From NCBI GenBank assembly GCA_902776955.1, contig CACYSG010000003.1, positions 30,184 to 94,183 of the forward strand: DNA of 64,000 nt. The letters are read 5' to 3'. A model generated the notes under the pieces. That model had not been told where the DNA came from. It saw only the letters and a list, made by a program, of their open reading frames with translations, and ran no database searches. This DNA is from an uncultured Bacteroidales bacterium (GTDB taxonomy: Bacteria; Bacteroidota; Bacteroidia; Bacteroidales; Muribaculaceae). Position 1 is the stretch's first letter. Every line of letters begins with the position of its first letter. A program made the translations under genes and the position numbers. Of this stretch, positions 31,591-39,899 are shown piece by piece.

Positions 31591-31638
31591 TTTAGTTTTT
31601 AGTCCTTAGTTTTTAGTCCCTAGTCCCTAGTTTTTAGT
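31591..31638. repeat. 7-mer tandem repeat (tttagtt/cttagtc, about 7 copies)
   Basis: Seen directly, between the rseP stop and the rlmI start. Confidence 0.8.
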
Positions 31639-31647
31639 TGTTAAAGC

Positions 31648-33063
31648 CTATTTAAAGAAGAACCGATAGATGTCGTTTCCGTTAGCAAACAGCAGCAGGG
31701 CAATCAGCAGAATCATGCCTATCATCTGCGCCCTCTCCATAAACTTGAGACTCGGCTGGCGGCCGGTGATTATCTCAAAGAGCAGGAACAGCACGTGACC
31801 ACCGTCAAGGGCGGGGATGGGCAACACGTTCATCACAGCCAGGATGACCGAGATAAATGCCGTGATTTCCCAGAATCCCAACCAGTTCCACGTGTCGGGG
31901 AAAATGCTGCCGATGGTGCCGAAGCCGCCCAGGCTCTGAGCGCCCTCAGGCGTGAATATAAATTTGAGCTGCTTGACATAATTCACCATCTTGGTCCAGC
32001 CCAGTTCGATGCCACGGGGGATGGACTGGAGCAGGTTGTAGCGAATTGTCGTGGTCTTGTAAATCTTGGTGGGGTCGGCACGCAGGATGCCCAGCAGGCC
32101 ATTGCCGTCGATGGGCACATCGGTAGCCGTCAGCAGTTTGCCGTCGCGTTCATATTGGATGGTGGCCGAACGGTTCTTGTACTTCTGCATCTGTGTGGCG
32201 AACAGGGTGAACGAGGGCGTGGGGACGCCATTCACGGCAACCATGCGGTCGCCCTTGCGCATGCCCGCCTTCTCGGCTCCCATGCGGGGCTGAACCTGGT
32301 CCACGACGACGGGCATCCGATAGTTCATGAAGGGTTGGCCCTTCTTGGCATCCTCGTTGGCCATGAAGATGAAGTTCTCGGGCAGGGCGATGGTGGTCTC
32401 CTTGCCGTTGCGCAACACGGTCACCTGCTTGGCCGTCAGCATCGTCTGCATGTCATCGCTGTTCATGTACTCGAGCACCTTGCCGTCGGCGGTCAAGGGG
32501 ATATCGCCATCCTGGAATCCCACCTTGTGGGCACTGTCACAGAACTCCATACCGTCGGTCGCATCGGTGAACTTGATGAATTGCTCGCCAACGGCGTAAA
32601 CGATGCCGGCATAGATGACGATGGCCAGCAGGAAGTTGAACAGCACGCCGCCCAGCATGATGAGCAGTCGCTGCCATGCGGGCTTGCTGCGGAATTCCCA
32701 AGGCTTGGCAGGCTCCTTCATGGCCTCGGTGTTCATCGACTCGTCAATCATGCCTGCAATCGAGCAGTAACCGCCCAGCGGCAGCCAGCCTATGCCATAC
32801 TCGGTGGCGCGCCACGACCGCTTGTTCTCGTTGGGGTTGCTGTCACCCATCACGGCCATCTCGTTGCCGTGTGAAAGCCATTTGACATATTTGCCGGGTT
32901 TCCACTTGACAAGCGTGAGCCAGGGATTAAAGAAGAGATAAAATTTTTCCACCCATACACCAAAGATGCGTGAAAAGAAGTAATGTCCAAACTCGTGAAT
33001 CATCACCAGGATACCCAGTGCCAATATCAACTCAAGAGCTTTTATCCAAAATGTAGTACTCAT
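31648..33063 (-). CDS. rseP: RIP metalloprotease RseP
   Basis: HEFGH, LPLGGY, PDZ domain, NVLPIPALDGGH. Confidence 0.95.
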   Translation of the reverse strand: MSTTFWIKALELILALGILVMIHEFGHYFFSRIFGVWVEKFYLFFNPWLTLVKWKPGKYVKWLSHGNEMAVMGDSNPNENKRSWRATEYGIGWLPLGGYCSIAGMIDESMNTEAMKEPAKPWEFRSKPAWQRLLIMLGGVLFNFLLAIVIYAGIVYAVGEQFIKFTDATDGMEFCDSAHKVGFQDGDIPLTADGKVLEYMNSDDMQTMLTAKQVTVLRNGKETTIALPENFIFMANEDAKKGQPFMNYRMPVVVDQVQPRMGAEKAGMRKGDRMVAVNGVPTPSFTLFATQMQKYKNRSATIQYERDGKLLTATDVPIDGNGLLGILRADPTKIYKTTTIRYNLLQSIPRGIELGWTKMVNYVKQLKFIFTPEGAQSLGGFGTIGSIFPDTWNWLGFWEITAFISVILAVMNVLPIPALDGGHVLFLLFEIITGRQPSLKFMERAQMIGMILLIALLLFANGNDIYRFFFK

Positions 33064-33105
33064 ATACGGTTTTCAGTTGTTTCTTCTAACTGTCTATTCG
33101 TGTTT

Positions 33106-34266
33106 TTAAATTAAACTTGCGGCGAGTTGGCGCGCCTCGGCATTGCAGGCCACGTAGTCTTCGTAGGTGGGATGCTCTATCGGCGCGATGCTTGCCATTG
33201 TCTTCTCGATAATATCATAGATGTCGGTAAATCGTATTTTGTCCTTCAGGAAGGCGCCCACAGCAATCTCGTTGGCGGCATTCATCACACAGGGTGCCGT
33301 GCCGCCCGTGTGAGCCGCCGAGTAGGCCGTCGTTAACAGCGGGAATTTGTCAAAGTCGGGCCTTTCAAAGGTCAACGAGGCCATGTCCTCGATGGTCATC
33401 TTGCGGCAATCGCTTGCCAGGCGTCCGTCGGGCAGACCCAGGGCATAACGGATGGGCAGGCGCATGTCGGGTAGGCCCAGCTGGGCTTTCACCGAGCCGT
33501 CCTTGAAGGCCACCATCGAGTGGATAATCGACTGGGGATGGACCACAATCTCGATGCCGCGTGGCTCGATGCCAAACAGCCACCGTGCCTCGATCATCTC
33601 AAAGCCCTTGTTCATCATCGTGGCCGAGTCGATGGTGATTTTGGCGCCCATCGACCAGTTGGGATGCTTGAGCGCGTCGGCAGCGGTGACGGTGACCAGC
33701 TGCTCCTTGGGCAGCTTGCGGAAGGGGCCACCCGAGGCCGTGAGCCACAGTTTCTCGACATCCTGCATGCGTTCTCCCACCAGGCACTGGTAGAAGGCGC
33801 CATGCTCACTGTCAACGGGGTAGAGCACGCTGTCGCTATTCTCGAGCAAGGCCGTTATCAGTTCGCCCGCCACAACCAGCGTCTCTTTGTTGGCCAGGGC
33901 GATGCGTTTGCCCGCCTTGATGGCAGCGATAGTGGATTCCAGGCCGCTGTAGCCCACCATCGCGGTGACCACGGTGTCGATTTCGGGCGCAGTCACGGCC
34001 TGGGCGATGGCGGCACTGCCGGTAGCCACCTCAATGTCGGTATCGCTCAGCGCATCACGCACATACTCGTAGTAATTTTCATCGGCGATGATGACCATGT
34101 GCGGGCGGAACTGCCGGGCCTGCTGTATCAGCAAGTCGGCGCTGCTGCGAGCCACAAGCAGCCAGGCGTTGAACAGCCCGGGATATTCGGCAATGATGTC
34201 GAGCGTCTGCCGTCCAATCGACCCCGTACTGCCCAGCACAGCAATATTTCGTCTCGTTTCTCTCAT
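33106..34266 (-). CDS. dxr: 1-deoxy-D-xylulose-5-phosphate reductoisomerase
   Basis: LGSTGSIG, LANKETLV, PVDSEH, LTASGGPF, WSMGAKITIDSATMMNKG. Confidence 0.97.
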   Translation of the reverse strand: MRETRRNIAVLGSTGSIGRQTLDIIAEYPGLFNAWLLVARSSADLLIQQARQFRPHMVIIADENYYEYVRDALSDTDIEVATGSAAIAQAVTAPEIDTVVTAMVGYSGLESTIAAIKAGKRIALANKETLVVAGELITALLENSDSVLYPVDSEHGAFYQCLVGERMQDVEKLWLTASGGPFRKLPKEQLVTVTAADALKHPNWSMGAKITIDSATMMNKGFEMIEARWLFGIEPRGIEIVVHPQSIIHSMVAFKDGSVKAQLGLPDMRLPIRYALGLPDGRLASDCRKMTIEDMASLTFERPDFDKFPLLTTAYSAAHTGGTAPCVMNAANEIAVGAFLKDKIRFTDIYDIIEKTMASIAPIEHPTYEDYVACNAEARQLAASLI

Positions 34267-34360
34267 ACTTTTTTGTTACAAACTGCGAAGATACTGCATT
34301 TTTCCTACACGGCAAGCGACGGAAAACATATTTTTAGAGTTAACGCCCTTTGTTTTCGTT

Positions 34361-34630
34361 TTTTCACCTTTTCCACCCTTTCCACCTTTTCCACCATATA
34401 CGTGTCTTTCCACAAATTTTCCACCCCACAGTGGAAACCCCACACACACACATGTGGACAAGGTGGAAAAAGTGGAAAACGGTGGAAACCCCTGCGCCCA
34501 TGTGAACAGGGTGGAAAATGTGGAAAACAGTGGAAAACGCACGCCCATGTGAACAGGGTGGAAAATGTGGAAAACCGTGGAAAAACCCGCGCCCATGTAA
34601 ACAGGGTGGAAAATGTGGAAAGCCATGAAA
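34361..34630. repeat. Iteron-like TTCCAC/GTGGAA array (left), including 4 tandem 47-48 bp units
   Basis: About 5 TTCCAC then about 12 GTGGAA hexamers at 9-10 bp spacing; tandem units start at 34451, 34499, 34546, 34594. Confidence 0.9.
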
Positions 34631-34720
34631 ATATACCCCAAAATAATTGGTAATCTGTAGAGGGGTATCATAATTCTTGCACATTCTCTTTTTGTAACAT
34701 GCTGTAAAACATATAATAAA

Positions 34721-34755
34721 ACAAAGCCTCTACTTTTTCCAAGCGGAGGCTTTGT
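34721..34755 (-). terminator. Rho-independent terminator downstream of the AAA helicase
   Basis: acaaagcctc ... gaggctttgt stem followed by a U-rich tract on the minus strand. Confidence 0.7.
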
Positions 34756-34762
34756 CATGAGG

Positions 34763-34938
34763 GTGTGTCATAATTCATTTGTTACAAATTGAATCGTACT
34801 GTGCGTGAGAAATCAAAATAATATTAATATAAAAATAATAATATTAAATAAAAATACTAAATTATTTAATTTTTATATATTTATTTGATTTCTCGGCCTT
34901 AAGGACGATTAATATTTAACGACATTATTATGACACAC
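34763..34938. mobile_element. AT-rich MITE-like element with 12-bp perfect terminal inverted repeats
   Basis: gtgtgtcataat (34763-34774) / attatgacacac (34927-34938); non-coding, very AT-rich interior. Confidence 0.55.
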
Positions 34939-34956
34939 AGGCTGAATGAGGTGTGA

Positions 34957-36021
34957 TTATAAAGATTGGAGAGAAAAATAATTGCCGTCGCTGCTCGTCA
35001 ACACCCCTTGTTCCTTTGCGCTGTTGAACAGCTGATAGGCTCTGCTCTTTCCAACGCCCAGCTTGGTCTGTATCAGGTTGGGCACATCACCACTCCTGAT
35101 GGGCATGGTGAAACCTTCAAAACAGGGAGCCAGCTTCTCATGCAGCTTGGCCTTGTCTTCGTGTGCCTTCTGTTCCAGCTGCAGCTGGCGGTCGGCTGCG
35201 GCGTCCATGGGTATGGCATTGCCATCGAGCTTGAAGCAGATGTCGCCGCAGTTGCGGTGGCGGCTGACGGGGTGTTTCACCTCAAACACGCTGTCGTGCT
35301 TCTCGACGGTGAACACGTCGCTGCACTTCTGATAAAGCATGGTGCCCAAGTGGCCCTTCATGTTCTTGTCCATGCTGCTCTTGTTCTGGTGCATGACCAC
35401 GACGATGCAGCATTTGTAGTTATTGGCCAGCTGCGCCAATCGGCTGACGATGTCTTGGCTCTCGATCACGTCGTTGTAGTTGTAGATCAGGTCGGCAATG
35501 CCGTCGATGACAACCAGGTCAGGTTTCTCGTGCGTGACGGAACGGCAGATGATATCATAGCGGGAAGCCCCCGACTCGCTATCGATGGGCGCTGGCTGCA
35601 AGCATGCCACCATAAAGTCGTCGTGACGGCTCGGGGGAGTCATCTCGTCGATGGTCTTCTGGACACGTTTGGTGTCGTTGTCCGACTGCTCGGTGTCAAA
35701 AAACAACGCACGCCCGGTCTCCTGTAGGCTGCGGCAATTGGCAAAATGGTCACTACCCAAGAAGATGGCAGTCAAGATGTCGCAGAAGAAAGTCTTTCCG
35801 TTCTTCCACTTGGCGCTCACGGCCACCAGGTTACCCTTGGGCATCGTGGGCACACCGCCAATCTCGATGAGGTAGTCAGGTTCGGGATACTCAACACTGC
35901 GTTCAATGCGATAAGGCTTAATGTACTCGTTGTACTCTTCATTTTCTCTCTCCTCGGGCGAGAGCTCTGCTTGACGACGAATCTCCTCAAGAATCGCCGA
36001 AGCGTTATTCATGTTTTCCAT
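34957..36021 (-). CDS. RepA-like/AAA_25 (SF4-type) helicase-ATPase with probable C-terminal winged helix
   Basis: Walker A AKWKNGKT, FFDTEQS, Walker B LVVIDGIAD, VMHQNK, KGHLGT; C-terminal LIQTKLGVGKSRAYQLFNSAKEQGVL. Confidence 0.85.
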   Translation of the reverse strand: MENMNNASAILEEIRRQAELSPEERENEEYNEYIKPYRIERSVEYPEPDYLIEIGGVPTMPKGNLVAVSAKWKNGKTFFCDILTAIFLGSDHFANCRSLQETGRALFFDTEQSDNDTKRVQKTIDEMTPPSRHDDFMVACLQPAPIDSESGASRYDIICRSVTHEKPDLVVIDGIADLIYNYNDVIESQDIVSRLAQLANNYKCCIVVVMHQNKSSMDKNMKGHLGTMLYQKCSDVFTVEKHDSVFEVKHPVSRHRNCGDICFKLDGNAIPMDAAADRQLQLEQKAHEDKAKLHEKLAPCFEGFTMPIRSGDVPNLIQTKLGVGKSRAYQLFNSAKEQGVLTSSDGNYFSLQSL

Positions 36022-36111
36022 GGAGTTATAAAAATTAAAAAATTAATATAAGTGAATAAATTGGCGAGTCGCGAGTCATCAGCATAGGCCAACGACCGGG
36101 ACTTTCCGCTG

Positions 36112-36143
36112 CAAAGTTACAACGTGAAACCCCCGAAATCAAA
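36112..36143 (-). promoter_or_regulatory. Bacteroidetes sigma70 promoter for the AAA helicase
   Basis: TTTG (36140-36143), 20-nt spacer, TAACTTTG (36112-36119) on minus strand. Confidence 0.65.
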
Positions 36144-36206
36144 ATTTTTTCTCAAAAAAGTTTGCAAAACACCAATTTTTCCCATTAAATCACCTGTTAT
36201 TATTGG

Positions 36207-36370
36207 TTTTCCACCATTTTCCACTTTTTCCACCCTTTCCACTATATACGCGTCTTTCCACATTTTCCACCCATTCCACCATATACGTGTCATTCCACAA
36301 AATTTCCACCCCACAGTGGAAAACCCACACCCCATGTGGACAGGGTGGAAAAAGTGGAAACCGTGGAAAA
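36207..36370. repeat. Iteron-like TTCCAC/GTGGAA array (right), direct repeat of the left array core
   Basis: About 9 TTCCAC then 4 GTGGAA; 36274-36369 aligns with 34389-34488. Confidence 0.9.
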
Positions 36371-36392
36371 GATTCTCCAAAAACGCTATTCT

Positions 36393-36496
36393 GTAGAGAC
36401 GCAAAATCTTGCGTCTCAAGGGCTGGAAGATGGTATTGTCTAACAGGTTGGCCTATTGTGTCGCCTGACGCGAGACGCAAAATTTTGCGTCTCTAC
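36393..36496. repeat. REPIN-like inverted pair of GTAG REPs, family C
   Basis: gtagagacgcaaaatcttgcgtctc ... gagacgcaaaattttgcgtctctac. Confidence 0.85.
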
Positions 36497-36525
36497 AGGG
36501 CCTTTTCCTTGCAGCCTATCGACGA

Positions 36526-36558
36526 AGGCATCCGCACTCGTTGGGAATGCGGATGCCT
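36526..36558 (-). terminator. Hairpin downstream of tricorn protease
   Basis: aggcatccgca ... tgcggatgcct, 11-bp stem; one arm recurs at 46518. Confidence 0.55.
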
Positions 36559-36588
36559 CTCTAAACTCTATGCTCTAAACTCTAAACT
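36559..36588. repeat. 7-mer tandem repeat (ctctaaa, about 4 copies)
   Basis: ctctaaa ctctatg ctctaaa ctctaaa. Confidence 0.75.
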
Positions 36589-36604
36589 GCGAGCAACGCG
36601 AGCA

Positions 36605-39600
36605 TCACTTCACGCCCAGGTCGCGCAGGGTGCGGGGAGCGGGAGTCTTGGGCAAGGGCTGGCGGTCCTTGAGCAGGTCGAGGATGACCTCGATGGCCTT
36701 GTCCAGCTGCTGGTCGATGCCGCGGTGCTCCATGATGGGGTCGTTGTCGATGAGAATGTCGGGGTCTACACCGTGATTCTCGACAATCCAGTTGCCGCGG
36801 GTGTCGTAGTTGGTGAAGAAGGGCACGCGGATGTCGGTACCGTCCATATAGGGCAGCGAGCCGCTGATGCCGACGATGCCGCCCCACGAGCGGGTGCCGA
36901 TGACGGGACCTATCTTGTTCTCCTTGAAACTCCAGGGGAAGAGGTCACCGTCGCTGGCGCTGTACTTGTTGACCAGCAGCACCTTGGGACCGTAGAGCGT
37001 GCGCTCGGGCGTGGTGCCGTTGTAGTTGCTGCCGCGGAACATCGTCAGGCGGTAGGGTTGGCGCAGCAGTCGCTCGATGACCATGGGCGAGATGTTACCG
37101 CCGCCGTTGCCGCGGTCATCAACGATGAGGGCCTCCTTGTCGGTCTGGGCGAAGAAGTAGCGCGAGAATTCACGCAGTCCCTCGGGACCCATGTCGGGGA
37201 TATAGATGTAACCCACACGGCCACCGGTCTTCTCGCTCACGTAGTCGATATTGTGCTGTACCCACTCGTGGTGATACAGGGGATACTCGTCGCGGATGGG
37301 CTTGACAACGACCTTGCGGTTACCGTTCAGGGTCAGCTCGGTCATCACACCGGCCTTGTCACGCAGCAGGCTATAGAAGTTGTTCACGCCCTGGGCGCTC
37401 ACGCCGTCAACGGCGGTGATCACGTCACCCACCTTGACATTCATGCCGGGCTCGAGCAGGGGCGAACGCAGCTCCTCGCGGTCGGGGGCACCGGCGAGGA
37501 TTCGGGTAATCTTGTAACCGTCGGCCACCTGTTCCAGCTCGGCGCCAAGCATACCGATGTGGTGCTCGTCGGCCTGGATGTGGTCACCACCGTCAACATA
37601 GGCGTGACCCACGGCCAACTCGCCAATCATGCCGCCGATGACGTAGGTCAAGTCCAGGCGGTTCTTGACATAGGGCAGCAGGGCGGCATACTTGTCGTGC
37701 ATCGCCTGCCAGTCCACGCCGTGCATGTTCTCGAGGTAGAAGCCGTCACGATAGGCGCGCCAGGCCTCGTTAAAGATTTGGTTCCACTCCTGGTCATAGT
37801 TGACCGTGGCGATCATGTCGTCGAGGTTCACGGGCTCGCTCAGGTCGGCCTTGCGGGGAGCGAGGGGTGCCACATAGAGGTCTTCGCCCTTATAGAACAG
37901 GGCGGTCTTCATGTCGGCGGCGGGCATCATGAAGGCGCGGTCGGCAACGAGTTCGTCCTTCTGCTCGGCGAAGTCATACACGCGTACGCTGCCGCGGCCG
38001 CTATACCACAGATGGCTGCCATCACACACGAAGCTGCCATAGCTGCCCGTGCCGATGGGCACCTTGACGATGCGGTCACCGATGCCGTCGATGTCAATGC
38101 GGATGGCGTTGGGGTCGGCCTGGGCTTTGCCCTTGCCTTTCTTGTCCTTGGGGGCGTCTTTGGGCTGCTCCTTGGACTTTTCATCACCGCCGGCCATCAC
38201 CTGGTCGTCCTTGGGCAGGAAGGGCGAGGGGGTGTCCTTGGCGAGCATGACGAGGTAGATGCCCTCCATCTCACGGTAGGCAAAGTTCCACTCGATGCTG
38301 CTGTAGATGGGATTGAAGTCGCGTGCCGAGGCGAAAATCAGGTATTTGCCGTCGCTGCTGAACACGGGAGCGTTGCTCTCATACCAGCGGTCGGTCACGG
38401 GGTATTCCTTGCGCTCGGCGATGTTGTACAGATAGACGACGTTAAACTCGTTGGCGCCTTGGCGGTAGTAGGTGAGCCACTTGCCGTCGGGCGAGAACGA
38501 CGGGGTGGGGATTTCGCCCATCTCGTCGGTCATCAGGATCTGCTTGTTGGTCGCCTTGCCATTGACGTTGAGCAGGACCATGCGGTTCTTGCGGTCGGTA
38601 TAGACAATCTGGCTGCCGTCGGGACTCCACTCAAAGCCGCGGATGTAGGTGTCGTTGTCAAAGGTCAACTGCTTGGCCTTGTCGCTGTCCACGGGGCGAA
38701 TCCAAATCTCGGTCTCGCCGGTCTGGTCGCTGATGTAGGCGATGTTCTTGCCGTCGGGGCTCCAGGCGGCATCACGCTCATGGACACCGGGTGTGTGGGT
38801 GATATTGCGGGTCACGCCACGCTTGGCGGGCACGTCAAACACCTCGCCGCGGGCGCTGATGACGATGCGGTTGCCGTCGGGGGCGATGCTGGCATCGGTC
38901 AGGTTTTCCTTGACCTTGCGTTGCTCCTCGCGGGCAAAGCTGTTCTCGCTATTGAGATAGACGGTGATTTTCTCGCTGCGCTTGGTCGCGGGATCGAGGA
39001 CGTAGAGATAACCTCCGTTCTCAAACACGATTTTGCCGCCACCACAGCTGGCAAACTTCACGTCATACTCGGTGAAATCGGTCACCTTTTGGGTCGTGCG
39101 GGTTGCCGTGTTATAGACGAAGATATTCATGCGGTTGTCACGGTCGCTCATGAAGTAAATCTCGTCGCCAATCCACATCGGGTCAATGTCCTGGGCGATG
39201 TTGTCGGTGATGTTGGTCACCGTCTGGGCCTGGGTGTCATAGATCCAGATGTCGTCGGCCATACCGCCCTTGTAGTATTTCCACGTGCGGAATTCGCGGA
39301 AAACGCGGTTATAGGCCAACTTGGTGCCATCGGCATTATAGCAGCAGAAACCGCCCTCGGGCAAGGGCAACTGCTGGGACATGCCGCCGTCAACAGGGGC
39401 ACACCACAGCTTGCCGTCAAAGCTGTCGCTGATGCGGTTGCGGTAGATCACGCCACGGCCGTCGGGGGTCCAGGTCATCGTGATGTTGTTGGGGCCCATG
39501 CGGTCGCCCCAATCGTCACGGGGATTGCTGGCCGTGAAGGTGATGCGGCGGGGCTCGCCACCCACCGACGGCATCAGATAAACCTCGGTATTGCCGTCAT

Positions 39601-39841
39601 ACTGGCCCGTGAAGGCGATGGTTTGGCCATCGGGGCTGAACCGGGCAAAGGCCTCGTAGCCATTGTGGGACGTCAATCGGCGTGCCGTGCCGCCCGTGAT
39701 GGGAACAGTGTAGATGTCACCGGCATAGCTGAACGCGACCTCGCGCCCGTTGGTGCCGGGGAAACGCAGCAGGCGACCTTCGTCGGCCTGGGCGGTCAGC
39801 GTGGCCGCCGCGATTGCTGCAATAAGGATTAATTTCTTCAT
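36605..39841 (-). CDS. Tricorn-like S41 peptidase
   Basis: Beta-propeller repeats, FRTWKYYKGG, PDZ, DDRGNGGG, SASDGD catalytic Ser, GTRSWGG. Confidence 0.93.
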   Translation of the reverse strand: MKKLILIAAIAAATLTAQADEGRLLRFPGTNGREVAFSYAGDIYTVPITGGTARRLTSHNGYEAFARFSPDGQTIAFTGQYDGNTEVYLMPSVGGEPRRITFTASNPRDDWGDRMGPNNITMTWTPDGRGVIYRNRISDSFDGKLWCAPVDGGMSQQLPLPEGGFCCYNADGTKLAYNRVFREFRTWKYYKGGMADDIWIYDTQAQTVTNITDNIAQDIDPMWIGDEIYFMSDRDNRMNIFVYNTATRTTQKVTDFTEYDVKFASCGGGKIVFENGGYLYVLDPATKRSEKITVYLNSENSFAREEQRKVKENLTDASIAPDGNRIVISARGEVFDVPAKRGVTRNITHTPGVHERDAAWSPDGKNIAYISDQTGETEIWIRPVDSDKAKQLTFDNDTYIRGFEWSPDGSQIVYTDRKNRMVLLNVNGKATNKQILMTDEMGEIPTPSFSPDGKWLTYYRQGANEFNVVYLYNIAERKEYPVTDRWYESNAPVFSSDGKYLIFASARDFNPIYSSIEWNFAYREMEGIYLVMLAKDTPSPFLPKDDQVMAGGDEKSKEQPKDAPKDKKGKGKAQADPNAIRIDIDGIGDRIVKVPIGTGSYGSFVCDGSHLWYSGRGSVRVYDFAEQKDELVADRAFMMPAADMKTALFYKGEDLYVAPLAPRKADLSEPVNLDDMIATVNYDQEWNQIFNEAWRAYRDGFYLENMHGVDWQAMHDKYAALLPYVKNRLDLTYVIGGMIGELAVGHAYVDGGDHIQADEHHIGMLGAELEQVADGYKITRILAGAPDREELRSPLLEPGMNVKVGDVITAVDGVSAQGVNNFYSLLRDKAGVMTELTLNGNRKVVVKPIRDEYPLYHHEWVQHNIDYVSEKTGGRVGYIYIPDMGPEGLREFSRYFFAQTDKEALIVDDRGNGGGNISPMVIERLLRQPYRLTMFRGSNYNGTTPERTLYGPKVLLVNKYSASDGDLFPWSFKENKIGPVIGTRSWGGIVGISGSLPYMDGTDIRVPFFTNYDTRGNWIVENHGVDPDILIDNDPIMEHRGIDQQLDKAIEVILDLLKDRQPLPKTPAPRTLRDLGVK

Positions 39842-39899
39842 TTTCGGTTGGTTTTATAATTATTGTGATAAGGTATTTTCATATCTTATGATTCATTGC

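Noticed and set aside
34451-34630. CRISPR array
   Set aside because: The units are contiguous tandem copies with no unique spacers, and there are no cas genes
34276-34758. ORFs across the iteron arrays (also 36117-36480)
   Set aside because: They are low-complexity translations of the repeat (FPPFPP, VENVEN)
36061-36110. Hammerhead ribozyme in the helicase 5' UTR (CTGATGA and GAAA on minus strand)
   Set aside because: Stems II and III cannot be paired around the core
34361-36370. Chromosomal oriC / DnaA-box cluster
   Set aside because: Only a few copies read TTTTCCACA, most are TTCCACC/T; the array is duplicated around an accessory gene. Not fully excluded without GC skew
36203-39832. 1209-aa plus-strand ORF and other long antisense ORFs (e.g. 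3532-4833, 11806-13224, 42121-44109)
   Set aside because: They are shadows of genes with strong GC3 bias on the opposite strand and show no protein motifs
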